From a virus, in IMG/VR virus record IMGVR_UViG_3300045776_000084: DNA of 36,037 bases; one strand, 5' to 3'. The notes under the pieces are model-generated. The model was not told the DNA's origin. It did not search any database and was given only the letters and a program-made list of their open reading frames with translations. This document shows, piece by piece, positions 17,201 through 25,830 of this stretch. How positions within the stretch are numbered: position 1 is the first letter of the stretch; every line of letters starts with the position of its first letter. The position numbers and the translations under genes are program-made.

Positions 17201-17984
17201 AGCAGGGCCACTGTTTAATGGCCCTGTTGGTATTGATGTAGCTACTCCAGATCAAGCTCTTACTCTTGCCACTGGTGATGCTGTTGCGTGGATGCAACCG
17301 CAGAGATTTGGGGGTGGCGGTGGTACACTAGAAGGCGGAGATACATCCGATACGGGGCTTTCCAGAACGGATGTTGGAGTTGTGGCGGTTGGTAACGGTC
17401 AACCCGGCGATACTTCTGGGTCGTTGCAGTGTGCTGTAATCCTTGCTGGTAACCTTGCCAACTCGGCAACTACTGACACTACAAACGCAGCAAATATCAC
17501 AAGCGGTGTGCTGCCTCTCGCGCAAGTCCCGGCAATCCCCGTTAGCAAGACCACTGGGTTTGCCACTGTCGCCACAACTGGCACATATAGTAGCCTCACA
17601 GGTCTTCCGGCCATCCCGGTTGTAGGAACTGTCACCCCGGTTGTAGATGGAGCCGCCTCAATAGGCAGCACTGGTAAATGGGCAGACGCTGGACACATTC
17701 ACCCAACTGACACCAGCCGTGTGGCCACCAGTACCACGGTCAATGGTCACACGCTAAGCAGCAATGTGGTTGTTTCCGCTTCCGACCTCACAACTGGCAC
17801 GCTGCCCGTTGCCCAGCTCCCCACGATTCCATACAGCCAACTTTCGGGCTCCCCCACTTTGGGTAACGCCGCACCTTTGAATGTGGGAACCACAAGCGGA
17901 ACTGTGGCGGCTGGGGACGACCCTCGGCTTAACGCTGCGGTATCCACCGCGAGAGCTGTAGCTTTCGCCATTGCCTTCGGTTAA
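14295..17984 (+). CDS. Tail fibre protein (1229 aa) with a collagen-like Gly-X-Y region and repeated fibre modules
   Basis: AAGGGGA RBS. About 29 consecutive G-X-Y triplets (aa 55-145). Repeated modules SGSYNDLNNKPTL, LGTAAAQNSSAFD..TVQTNLTSE..RA..AEGLLVPKTTT.NG.ALS.NVT, and TRAEAAEALL. A C-terminal module shared with the 860-aa fibre. Confidence 0.75.
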   Translation: MMQIENWRGLWNLLTTYAVNDIAYYEGSSYFALDINTGKAPILANIGVYWSPVALAGEQGIQGQQGVIGPTGIQGVPGIQGPAGNPGIQGIQGNQGDRGPEGLPGIKGDTGSQGIQGVKGDTGIQGVPGVQGVKGDIGDTGQGLVWRNTWEAIATYNTYDCVPYEGASYICLAPNVLNVSPDSDDSKWGLLAQGGGTIDWSEIKDVPTTVAGYGITDLSPVATSGSYNDLNNKPTLNFDPAGSASTVQGSLTAEVTRAEGVEALKANTSSLAPVAFSGDYADLSGTPTLGTAATQNSSAFDPAGTASTVQTNLTSETSRALAAEGLLVPKTTTINGKALSSNVTLAITDFGGTLPHAQLPTLLSTDIPSIPESQVTNLVNDLAATEKTANKGAVNGYAGLDANGQLYTSQLPALAIVSTSVVSSQTAMLALTAQQGDVAIREDINETFILAASDPTLLANWKQILTPASPVQSVNGQTGIVNLAIPAAQVNSDWASGSGVTQILNKPTLGTAAAQNSSAFDSAGSAATVQTNLTSEVSRATTAEGLLVPKTTTVNGHALSANVTVSASDLTTGTLPVGQLPTIPYSQLSGTPTIPSVPLTTIQNNGVTVTPVSGTVNLIPGSNVTLTTSGDSITVASTTTFSALTGSTNTTAAMVVGTGSSIAATGTGTITATSCPTETTRAEAAEALLLPITTAASTYATQTNLTAEVTRAEAAEALLVAKTTTIAGHPLSGNVTVAYTDLTGLPTLGTAASHASTDFDSSGAAASVQTTVSASISAETARAEAAEAVLTTAVAGKQSALGYTPENLANKGVASGYPTLDSTAHIPINQLPASVQGAMSYVGVWNAATNTPAISSGVGTKGFFYKVSVAGSTTVDGNSIWHVGDMLIFDGAAWDKIDNYEAVTSVVGRTGAITLSEADITGLVADLGTLTAGIAGEVTRAEGIEATLAANLAAEVTRAEGVESTLAPIAGPLFNGPVGIDVATPDQALTLATGDAVAWMQPQRFGGGGGTLEGGDTSDTGLSRTDVGVVAVGNGQPGDTSGSLQCAVILAGNLANSATTDTTNAANITSGVLPLAQVPAIPVSKTTGFATVATTGTYSSLTGLPAIPVVGTVTPVVDGAASIGSTGKWADAGHIHPTDTSRVATSTTVNGHTLSSNVVVSASDLTTGTLPVAQLPTIPYSQLSGSPTLGNAAPLNVGTTSGTVAAGDDPRLNAAVSTARAVAFAIAFG
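14457..14720 (+). repeat. Collagen-like triplet-repeat coding tract (GIQG/GVKGDTG repeats) inside the tail-fibre gene
   Basis: Period-9/18 nt repetition (GGAATTCAAGG / GGAATTCAGGG variants) encoding Gly-X-Y. It produces a spurious antisense ORF 14457-14720. Confidence 0.7.
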
Positions 17985-18014
17985 GACTTTCGAGCCCTAT
18001 ATAGGAGCATTTTC

Positions 18015-19898
18015 ATGCAAGTAATGGTTGGCAACAACTACGGTTCGTACTCATTTAACGCCACAACAGGTGTCATTACCCTGTCAGGGTTGCCGACTCC
18101 TTTAACTCAAGAGCAGGTGAAGCTGATTATTTGTGCAGCGACCAACACAATCATATTCAACCTAGCCGACCCAACTCAGACAGCCGTTGTCTCAGGGGGT
18201 AACACCATTGCCCTATCATATAACACAACTGGGATGGACGGTCACCCGCTTCAAATTTTCTTAGAGGTACCGGGTACTGAAGCTCAGCAGGGACAGAGCA
18301 ATGAAACCCCGTTGATGACTGTAATCGCGGGGCTGACGCAGGATGTAATCCCCCAGTACCAAGAGATTCCCCTTACATCAGGGGCGACGGCGGTAGTAAC
18401 AAGTGACGCCCACATAACGTCGTCAACGGCGCAAGCCGGGGGTGTTACTCCTTCCCAAACCTTACTGGCCATCGCAGGTCTTACCAATGACCCCACCCCC
18501 CAATATCAAGAGATTCCTCTCGGGCCGGGTGGGAACGCCGTTCTTGTTAATGGCTCCGCTTTCACGCAGCCTATCAGTGGTCAGTATAACGCCGTGCCCC
18601 CTACACTCGGGTCAGGCAGCGTGGGTGTTTTGCAGACTGATGTAAACGGTAACCTAAGAGTCGTCTCTGGTTCTATTGACGGGACAATCCTAGATACGCA
18701 GTCATCTGTTACCTTAGGGGCGGGGGCAACCTACAACGTTGCCGGGTATGGTTTTCTATCCTTTCAATTCAACGGTGCGTGGTCAGGAAACATCAAGATT
18801 GAAGCTAGCAACGATGGTGTGACATGGACTCAGCAGTATGTTCAGTACCTCGGCACAGGGTGGGTCTCGGACGTAATCAACCTTCCGGGTGCCATCGTAC
18901 AAGTCACTGCCGCCAGCATCTACATGCGGTACAACGTTATTAAGTTGAGCGGCACGGCCACCGTTACAGTTGTAGGAAACACTGGTGCCATATCAACCAC
19001 CAGTCTGCTTGGTATGGCATTTGATGCAGCCTCGGGTGTCCAGCTCAACACCAATATCACTAACCTGAATAAGGACACCAGCAACGCTCTGATTTTGAGC
19101 GATGCCCCTGCTCCTATACCCATCTCTGGAGGTATCGGCTCTACTATCATCATAGATACTCAAGGGTACGAGTCTCTGAACATTACAACTCAGGGTTTGG
19201 CTGGGGCTGTTACCACCTCGAATGATAAGGTCACTTGGTCAGCTCTGTCTGGCACTCCTCTAGTGTTGGGAACTCTTGTAACCTCCGTTGCGGCCAACAC
19301 TGGGTATAGCTTCCCCTGTATCGCACGATTCATCCGCTTCGTACTTACCGCCGTAGGTTCCGCTACCGTGTTTCTTCGTAGCACCCCGTGGCAGAGTGCC
19401 TATACCACTACGGTTCCCACCAGCACTGCTAATAACAACTTGAGCCAGATTAACACCACTACAGTGGCATCGGCTGGGGTTGGTGGCATACTCGCAGTGG
19501 GGGGTAACGTCGCCCCTGGTTCAGCTCAGACGGCGTACCCTCTGGTGGTAGGTGGGGTTGACCCTACAAGTGCCACTCGTCGTATCCAGACAGACGCCAC
19601 AGGACGCATCAATGCCAACATGGTGACTACGGATGCTGCCTCCGTTCAAAGAGGCGTGGGCGTCATGCCCCCGGCCACCACCAGTCAGAACGTTGCACCA
19701 TTGGCAGTACAGGAGTTAACCCAATTTGAAGGGCAGTCCTTCGTTGAACTTCTTGGTCAGATTCTTACCGAACTGAGAATTTCCAACCATTACAACTTCA
19801 ACCTGCCGAGTTTGCTGACTACCGGAACTATTAATAGCACGGGCGACGAACCAGCAGCTCTTCGTAATGACCCGAATATTTCTACATTGTTTGGCTAA
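18015..19898 (+). CDS. Phage structural (tail/fibre-associated) protein with an internal duplicated module
   Basis: The duplication is ...AGLT.D..PQYQEIPL..G..AV.... Ser/Thr/Gly/Asn-rich composition typical of tail proteins. It immediately follows the fibre gene. Confidence 0.5.
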   Translation: MQVMVGNNYGSYSFNATTGVITLSGLPTPLTQEQVKLIICAATNTIIFNLADPTQTAVVSGGNTIALSYNTTGMDGHPLQIFLEVPGTEAQQGQSNETPLMTVIAGLTQDVIPQYQEIPLTSGATAVVTSDAHITSSTAQAGGVTPSQTLLAIAGLTNDPTPQYQEIPLGPGGNAVLVNGSAFTQPISGQYNAVPPTLGSGSVGVLQTDVNGNLRVVSGSIDGTILDTQSSVTLGAGATYNVAGYGFLSFQFNGAWSGNIKIEASNDGVTWTQQYVQYLGTGWVSDVINLPGAIVQVTAASIYMRYNVIKLSGTATVTVVGNTGAISTTSLLGMAFDAASGVQLNTNITNLNKDTSNALILSDAPAPIPISGGIGSTIIIDTQGYESLNITTQGLAGAVTTSNDKVTWSALSGTPLVLGTLVTSVAANTGYSFPCIARFIRFVLTAVGSATVFLRSTPWQSAYTTTVPTSTANNNLSQINTTTVASAGVGGILAVGGNVAPGSAQTAYPLVVGGVDPTSATRRIQTDATGRINANMVTTDAASVQRGVGVMPPATTSQNVAPLAVQELTQFEGQSFVELLGQILTELRISNHYNFNLPSLLTTGTINSTGDEPAALRNDPNISTLFG

Positions 19899-19913
19899 TA
19901 AAGGAGATTTTCC

Positions 19914-20627
19914 ATGCAGATTCAGACTCAGGTTGGCCCCATCGCAACCACACAATCTATCGCTCCCGGCTCTATTGCCGCCGTGCGTTCGGGTAACCTT
20001 GGCGATACTATCGTTTCCGAGTTGCACGGAAGATTCTACGAACAGGCATATCGTCTCAACCTGTATTCCGCAGGTATGACGACCCTTACCTCAATTTCCA
20101 ACGCCACCTTCACCACGGCTACTGGCATGTCCGCTACCCTTGGTACCGCAGCTACTGGAACCCCGGTCATCGGCATTTGGAACCCGTCCACCTCCACCAT
20201 CAATGCGGTCATCCTTCAAGCCACTCTCAACGTCACCCTCACCGCCCTCACCGCGACTGGTGCAGGTGGATTTGTTTGGGGTGTGTTTGCTGGTAACGGT
20301 GCCCTCACCTTAGGCAACGCTCCCATCAACCGCAAGACTTTGACGGCTGGTGGCTCACAGTGCAAGAACCTGTCTGGCCTAGCTCTTACGGGTTTGACCA
20401 ACGTCGGTGTTGTCGTTGCCGCATCTACCCTCAACGGGGGGCCTATCTACAACGTCTCCGAAGTGGGCACGGCTGCTGGTTTCCACACGGTAGCTTTGAC
20501 CTCAGTTGAGAACCTTGACGGCTCAATCATCCTGCCCCCGGGCGGTGTGCTTGCTCTCTTTGCGACGACCACCCCGGTGGCCTTGTCCGCAGTCGGCTCC
20601 CTGCTCTGGGAAGAAGTACCTGTGTAA
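19914..20627 (+). CDS. Phage structural protein (Thr/Ala/Gly-rich), possibly a fibre distal component
   Basis: AAGGAGA RBS. The composition resembles neighbouring structural genes. It is followed by a strong terminator. Confidence 0.45.
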   Translation: MQIQTQVGPIATTQSIAPGSIAAVRSGNLGDTIVSELHGRFYEQAYRLNLYSAGMTTLTSISNATFTTATGMSATLGTAATGTPVIGIWNPSTSTINAVILQATLNVTLTALTATGAGGFVWGVFAGNGALTLGNAPINRKTLTAGGSQCKNLSGLALTGLTNVGVVVAASTLNGGPIYNVSEVGTAAGFHTVALTSVENLDGSIILPPGGVLALFATTTPVALSAVGSLLWEEVPV

Positions 20628-20642
20628 CCTCCGCACCGCAAC

Positions 20643-20672
20643 AAAAAGCCCCCAGAGATGGGGGCTTTTTCA
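20643..20672. terminator. Bidirectional rho-independent terminator (AAAAAGCCCCC-AGAGAT-GGGGGCTTTTT) between convergent structural operons
   Basis: A 7-bp GC stem flanked by an A-run upstream and a T-run downstream. It lies between the plus operon end (20627) and the minus operon end (20771). Confidence 0.65.
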
Positions 20673-20770
20673 GCTCTTGATGCTGCCAGACTTATGTCGC
20701 CTCACGAGAACGGTATCTTCGCCTTCGAAACGCCAGCAGAACGGTATCACAATGTCCTCACCAGCAGGTT

Positions 20771-21298
20771 TTAGGTGCAGGTGCAGGTGGTGACATACTT
20801 CGCTCCACCAAGCGTGTAGTAGACAGTGATTTGGTAATCGCCCAAATAGGCTGTGTAAGAAGCTAATGAGGCAGTGTTTGTGATGTCAGTGTACACATAT
20901 AACCCGAACCCCGAGTTATTAATGTCGCTGTACAGCCATGTGGTGCCCCACAAGCTGGTGCTTGTGCCCACCGTGTCGGTGCTCTGTGTTGCAGTCCAAC
21001 TCGTTGACCCAGTTGTTAACGTTGCAGGTACGTTAGTCCCCGCCTTCATCAAGTAAACACTTACCTGATTCACCGTGAGATAGGAGATGTTCTGGATTCT
21101 GCGCTGGTAGCTGGCGACGATACCGTTGATGGTTGCACCTGCGGGGATGGCGAACCCGAATCCCGACCCTTGCAGCGTGGCGATAGTCTCATTACCATGG
21201 GTTATGGACTGAGAAGCCAGTGTGGTGTTCGCCACGTTGTTGGGGTTAGTCCAACTCGATCCAATTCCTGATGTTGCTGTAAGCCCTGAGCTTGGCAT
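20771..21298 (-). CDS. Hypothetical structural protein downstream of the 860-aa fibre (tail-fibre accessory/tip?)
   Basis: Thr/Ser/Asn/Gly-rich. Its start codon overlaps the stop region of the fibre gene. Confidence 0.4.
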   Translation of the reverse strand: MPSSGLTATSGIGSSWTNPNNVANTTLASQSITHGNETIATLQGSGFGFAIPAGATINGIVASYQRRIQNISYLTVNQVSVYLMKAGTNVPATLTTGSTSWTATQSTDTVGTSTSLWGTTWLYSDINNSGFGLYVYTDITNTASLASYTAYLGDYQITVYYTLGGAKYVTTCTCT

Positions 21299-23880
21299 TA
21301 GCGCACCCCGTAGAGGCTGAGAGCAGCACCAGCAGCAGTGGTATCAGCAGATGAAGGAGCGGTCATGGTTAGCACATCGCCAACTGCAAAGCTCACAGGT
21401 GAACTGATGGTGAAGGTTCCCGTTGTTCCTGAGGCTGCTACTGCGATGGTTCCGAAGCTCGTGCCATTCTTTAGGAGCGTGAATGTGCAGGAGCCAGTAG
21501 CTGCTGTCATCAACGTGAAGTATTGGTTCGTGGTGCCGGATGCGATGGTGTACGCGATGCTGGCTTTGTTGTAATACAAGACCTGCGATGCAGTGAAGAT
21601 GCCCGTAGCGAAGCAGGACTTTTCAACTGGCTGCTGTCCAACCGTGGTGATGGTTCCTGAAGCCAGAGATAAGCCAGCACCTACTGTGGTGATAGCTGCG
21701 AGGGCGACACCGTTTATCTGGTGTGCCGTTGTGGCGTTGATGGTGGGTGCGGTAACCACACCCGTTGTATTAGCGGTTGGAAGAGCACCCGATGGTGTAA
21801 CCGACCCGGTGTCAGTCCATGTGGTTGTGCTGTTAAGACTGACGGTTGCCATGTACAACTCAGCACCCGTTGTCCTTCCGTACACCTTGTAGCCTGTCGC
21901 ACCCGGAACAGCCGTCCAGTTCACAGTGACCGTTGAGGTTGAGCCAGTGGTTACCTTGCTGGTTTCGGCTGAAGCCAACGAGGTTCCAACACCATCAACC
22001 GCAACCACTCGGTAATAGTACGTTCCTGCCGACAGAGTGCCACCCGTAGTTGCAGTAGTAAATGCCGCATTAACGGGGGTTGAAAGCTGGCTCACCACTA
22101 CCTCATTAACCGTGGCTTGGTTGGCTAGGACATTCCCACTAACATCAGCGTGGCCGCCTGTGCCAGTAACGCAGAGCTGCCCATTAGCGCCGTTTCCTGA
22201 TACACCAGTAGTGTACCCAAGGCTAGGGTTATAGAAGAGAAGGCTGCCAGTTGCGCTGGATACGCCGTATGTACCAACAGTTGCCGAAGCACAATACAAC
22301 GAGCCATCATAAGCACCAGCGGTCTTGCCGATACTAAGTGCGCCAGATGCCCCGGTGTTCTGGCTAAGGTAGGCACTGTACGTTCCCACAACCAAGAGGT
22401 CGGTGAGTTTCAGTGTGCCACTATAGTCAGATGCAGTTCCGTTGCCTATGGCAAGGATACCCGCTGCTGTGCGGGATAGGCCCGTGTCGCTTGCGCCGAC
22501 CTTCAACACACCGGAGATGGTTGGGCCGGAAAGCGGTGCATACGTTGAAGCTGCAACCGTTGTACTCAACCCTCCTAGATTAGTCAGGGCCGTAGATGCC
22601 GAGGCAACATCACTCAGGTTGTTCGTTGTATTCAGAGGGGTATACCCCAACACCGCCTGACGGCTCGTATCCGATGGGTGAATGTGTCCAGCGTCGGCAA
22701 ACTTACCGATGGAACCAATCGTAGCTGTACCATCCATGACCGGGGTTGTGGTAGCCACGACGGGGACGGTAGGGGTACCTGTCACTTGACCATAAGGTAG
22801 TGATAGTACAGAGAGGGTAGTCAGGGTGCTGTTGGTGGTGGCGGTAACATTAGCCGAGGTACCCGTGGTGTTAGCCGCATTGCTTGGAATATCCCCTGAC
22901 AATAATGTTGGGAGTTGAGCATGGGGTAATGTACCCGACACCTGTGCAATAGGTAGTGTGAATGTACCGATGTCACTGAGATCAGTGGTAGCCAACTGTG
23001 CGGCGGTGAATACTCCAGTGGATGAGTTATAAGAGTTAAGACACGTATGCGCCACGGAAGCAAACGTAGTAGCCAACGTGGTCGTGTTGGGTAATGCACT
23101 TACCATGACAGCGGTGATACCGCTGACCGTGCCTGTGAACGTGGGGCTGGCTTTGGGGGCTAGAAGAGCTTCAGCAGCTTCCGCTCTGGTTGTCTCCGTA
23201 CTCGCAGCACCAGCAGCATCAAATGCGCTGGATGGTTGGAAAGCGGCCGACCCCAATCCTGACGTGGCGATAGTGACTGCATCACCGCTCGTGGTCAGGG
23301 CAATATTGCTTCCCGGAACTAAGTTGATGACACCAGAGGCCGGAGTGACCACCACACCATTGTTTTGAATTGTGGTGATGGGTACGCTGGGAATGGTCGG
23401 CGTCCCGCTCAGGTTAGCGTAAGGAATCGTTGGGAGCTGGGCTACTGGGAGTGTGCCAGTTGTTATATCGCTTGCACTGACGGTAACGTTGGCTGAGAGA
23501 GCGTGACCGTTCACAGTGGTGGTCTTTGCGACTAGGAGACCCTCTGCCGTGGTTGCTCTTGTTACTTCTGAGGTGAGATTGGTCTGTACCGTTGCGGCGG
23601 AGCCAGCAGCGTCAAAGGCCGTGATGTTCTGGGCGGCGGCGGTGCCAAGGGTTGGCTTGTTGTTGAGGTCGTTGTACGAGCCCGACGTTGCCACGGTTGC
23701 AAGGCTAGACCCCCCACCGCCACCAACCGAAATGTCGAGTTTACCGTCAGACCCAAGAAGGGGTACCTTCCCGGCATCGGCTGAACCTTGAGAAATGGTG
23801 ACCGCACCCACGAGTCCCTCAGTTAAGGGGCCTTGTGGATTCGGTTGTAGGAGTTTAAGAATTTTGAAGTCGTCGGCCAT
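21298..23880 (-). CDS. Second tail fibre protein (860 aa), paralogous to the 1229-aa fibre
   Basis: GAGGGT RBS. A Gly run GGGGGSS. Modules SGSYNDLNNKPTLGTAAAQN...TVQTNLTSEVTRATTAEGLLVAKTTTVNGHALSANVTVSASDITTGTLPVAQLPTIPY... are about 85% aa-identical to segments of the plus-strand fibre. Confidence 0.7.
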   Translation of the reverse strand: MADDFKILKLLQPNPQGPLTEGLVGAVTISQGSADAGKVPLLGSDGKLDISVGGGGGSSLATVATSGSYNDLNNKPTLGTAAAQNITAFDAAGSAATVQTNLTSEVTRATTAEGLLVAKTTTVNGHALSANVTVSASDITTGTLPVAQLPTIPYANLSGTPTIPSVPITTIQNNGVVVTPASGVINLVPGSNIALTTSGDAVTIATSGLGSAAFQPSSAFDAAGAASTETTRAEAAEALLAPKASPTFTGTVSGITAVMVSALPNTTTLATTFASVAHTCLNSYNSSTGVFTAAQLATTDLSDIGTFTLPIAQVSGTLPHAQLPTLLSGDIPSNAANTTGTSANVTATTNSTLTTLSVLSLPYGQVTGTPTVPVVATTTPVMDGTATIGSIGKFADAGHIHPSDTSRQAVLGYTPLNTTNNLSDVASASTALTNLGGLSTTVAASTYAPLSGPTISGVLKVGASDTGLSRTAAGILAIGNGTASDYSGTLKLTDLLVVGTYSAYLSQNTGASGALSIGKTAGAYDGSLYCASATVGTYGVSSATGSLLFYNPSLGYTTGVSGNGANGQLCVTGTGGHADVSGNVLANQATVNEVVVSQLSTPVNAAFTTATTGGTLSAGTYYYRVVAVDGVGTSLASAETSKVTTGSTSTVTVNWTAVPGATGYKVYGRTTGAELYMATVSLNSTTTWTDTGSVTPSGALPTANTTGVVTAPTINATTAHQINGVALAAITTVGAGLSLASGTITTVGQQPVEKSCFATGIFTASQVLYYNKASIAYTIASGTTNQYFTLMTAATGSCTFTLLKNGTSFGTIAVAASGTTGTFTISSPVSFAVGDVLTMTAPSSADTTAAGAALSLYGVR

Positions 23881-23932
23881 TGTACCCTCAATTAAGAGGG
23901 TGATAGCCTTATTTTTTAGGACTTATCCGGCC

Positions 23933-24130
23933 TTACTCATCGCCAGCATAGGAGACGATGTCACCGGGCTGAAAGTCGAAGCCCATGACTCCTGGGTGAC
24001 GTTGCCCGATCCTCCCGGACACAAACCGGGCGACGACGAGGTCTCTGACGGATGAGAGCGAGCTGGTGAGGCACAACAGGAGAACCCTCCCCTCCTCCGG
24101 TGGTACTGTTGCTGGTGTCCACTGTTTCAT
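23933..24130 (-). CDS. Small hypothetical protein (about 65 aa, start MKQWTPAT)
   Basis: The ORF 23933-24316 in the track is trimmed to the internal ATG that does not overlap the upstream gene. Weak RBS. Confidence 0.2.
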   Translation of the reverse strand: MKQWTPATVPPEEGRVLLLCLTSSLSSVRDLVVARFVSGRIGQRHPGVMGFDFQPGDIVSYAGDE

Positions 24131-24185
24131 CGTATTTTTCCATGGGGGGCGTCTTTGACTTTGACAGCTACATTTGCCACGCCCA

Positions 24186-24773
24186 TCAGTACGTACCCCA
24201 GTAGGTTCTACCCGGCAAGTAAGGTGCCCATGCGGAGTCGAACTCACAGTTGGAGGGCGCGGCGGCGAACAGAGGGGCGACAACCTCAGCCTTCCACCCG
24301 GCCAAGCCGCAGCCAATCTGCGTCATCTGATAGGTCTTCTCTGGGTGCCGCTTTGCCCACATGATGAAGCAGTCGATGTAGAAGCGGAGGGTTTCCAGAG
24401 CGATTTCGTACCCCGGTGAGTTGGCGGGTTTCGCACAGGTCGGGATGGCGAAGGTGTTCCCTTGAGGGCCGAACCCCTGATTCATCCTCGCGCCGTGAGT
24501 TACACGGGCGACCTTGGCAGCTCCGCCACCGTGGATACCCAGTTCATTGCTTCCGAAGACGAACACCTTAGGCTCGGGTACCACTATGTCCATGGCGTTA
24601 AGGGCGTCATCCCATGCTTGAACTTCACAAGCAGCTACTCCCGGAATGCCCCACACCCAACCGAGGGAGTTCCCAGCTTCATCCAGAATTACCAGCCGGG
24701 AACCGGGGCTCAGGGTTTCGGCGTACAGGTAAGCACTCGGAACCGCCTCCAAAACTTTGGTTTTGCTGTCCAT
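24186..24773 (-). CDS. Rossmann-like protein with a G-S-N..G-x-H-G-G-G-A-A motif (possibly a SLOG/LOG/DprA-like nucleotide-processing fold)
   Basis: VFVFGSNELGIHGGGAAKVA glycine-rich loop. Start taken at MDSKTK with an AGGAGA RBS. The first 30 codons of the track ORF are rejected. The family is uncertain. Confidence 0.4.
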   Translation of the reverse strand: MDSKTKVLEAVPSAYLYAETLSPGSRLVILDEAGNSLGWVWGIPGVAACEVQAWDDALNAMDIVVPEPKVFVFGSNELGIHGGGAAKVARVTHGARMNQGFGPQGNTFAIPTCAKPANSPGYEIALETLRFYIDCFIMWAKRHPEKTYQMTQIGCGLAGWKAEVVAPLFAAAPSNCEFDSAWAPYLPGRTYWGTY

Positions 24774-24783
24774 CTCTCGTCTC

Positions 24784-25509
24784 CTAAAAGGGCACCACGT
24801 CATGCGGATTGAAGCCACGGGCAGCGGTAGCAGCCGCACGGTCTGTGGCGGCTTGAGCCTCACGCTTGGCCTTCTCGTCGGCGTACTGACGGGCGGCTAT
24901 GATGCGTGCAGCAGCCTGTTCAGCCTTCTTGGCTATATCGGCGGTGAACTGGTCGCAGATACGGGTGTAGTCGGCAGTCGCACGGGTGTAAAACTTGGCG
25001 TAGCTGACTTGATTTTTGTACTCAGGGACGCCCTTCTTAATGGACTCACCCATTACCCACAGTTCGCGGGGGAGCCACATCGCCCAAGTGTTAGCGGCAC
25101 GCCAGTCTTCAATCAGCTTGGTGGCACGGGCAACAGCCGCCTCGTAAGCGGGACGGGCTTCATTGGCTTCAGCGGTGCGCTTGGCAGTGTTCTGGGCAAT
25201 CTTCTCGTCAGCCAGACGCCGCTCCAGCTTATCCACCGCAGCTTGCAGCTTGGCGAACAGCTCGGGATTGTAGCTCTGGAAGTGATTGATGCATTCAGAG
25301 CCCACAGGGGCGGACTCTCCGGTCTCGGGATTGTAGATGAGGAATACGTAACGGATGGGGTGGTCGCAAGTGCATTTTCCAGAAGGACGACCAAGGTCAA
25401 TGCACTCACCACGATACTCATACTTTGAAGGGTCACCCAGACGCTGGACAAACTTGGCTACGATGCCGAGGAAAGATAAAGTATTCCCAAGTTTGCTCGT
25501 GTCTGCCAT
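24784..25509 (-). CDS. Hypothetical protein with an N-terminal Cys/His cluster and a C-terminal Ala/Lys/Glu-rich helical region
   Basis: GECIDLGRPSGKCTCDHP...GSECINHF. GGAGGG RBS. A conserved promoter lies immediately upstream. Confidence 0.5.
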   Translation of the reverse strand: MADTSKLGNTLSFLGIVAKFVQRLGDPSKYEYRGECIDLGRPSGKCTCDHPIRYVFLIYNPETGESAPVGSECINHFQSYNPELFAKLQAAVDKLERRLADEKIAQNTAKRTAEANEARPAYEAAVARATKLIEDWRAANTWAMWLPRELWVMGESIKKGVPEYKNQVSYAKFYTRATADYTRICDQFTADIAKKAEQAAARIIAARQYADEKAKREAQAATDRAAATAARGFNPHDVVPF

Positions 25510-25529
25510 TAGTGTTTCCCTCCATTTAC

Positions 25530-25558
25530 AGTATACCGGGACTCACCGGGTTTGTCTA
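25530..25558 (-). promoter_or_regulatory. Conserved sigma70-like promoter (TAGACA – 17 nt – TATACT, then GTAAATGGAGGG RBS) upstream of gene 24784-25509
   Basis: Near-consensus -35/-10 with a 17-nt spacer read directly. Nearly identical to the element at 31265-31294. Confidence 0.5.
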
Positions 25559-25593
25559 ACATTAATTTTCAAACGCGGAGCAATGAACGCCAT

Positions 25594-25830
25594 TTATGAG
25601 TCATTGTATTTTTTCCAGAGGACAACCTTGAGTTTGCCATCATATGACCATACATCAAGAAAAAAGAAAAACGCACCGAAAAGGCTAAGGACAGGGATGA
25701 GAGATAGGAAAACAAACCGGAGAGCGTCAGCCAAAGTCACATCCCTGCCATACCGGCCATACCGCCATGCTTTCTGATACAAATAAAATGCGATCACCGC
25801 TTCCAAAAGCCACCACCAAAATATCGCCAT
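25594..25830 (-). CDS. Small membrane protein (78 aa, 2 TM)
   Basis: MAIFWWWLLEAVIAFYLY... and LSLIPVLSLFGAFFFF hydrophobic helices. Confidence 0.4.
   Translation of the reverse strand: MAIFWWWLLEAVIAFYLYQKAWRYGRYGRDVTLADALRFVFLSLIPVLSLFGAFFFFLDVWSYDGKLKVVLWKKYNDS

Noticed and set aside
14295-23880. Invertible host-range segment (Mu G / P1 C-like) formed by the two inverted fibre genes
   Set aside because: Shared modules are only about 75% identical at the DNA level. No long perfect inverted repeats and no invertase gene are seen. Treated as paralogy.
14295-23880. Diversity-generating retroelement or CRISPR-like array explaining the repeated fibre motifs
   Set aside because: No reverse transcriptase, and no template repeat with adenine-specific mismatches. 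The repeats are long, in-frame and protein-coding, and are not short spacer-interspersed units.
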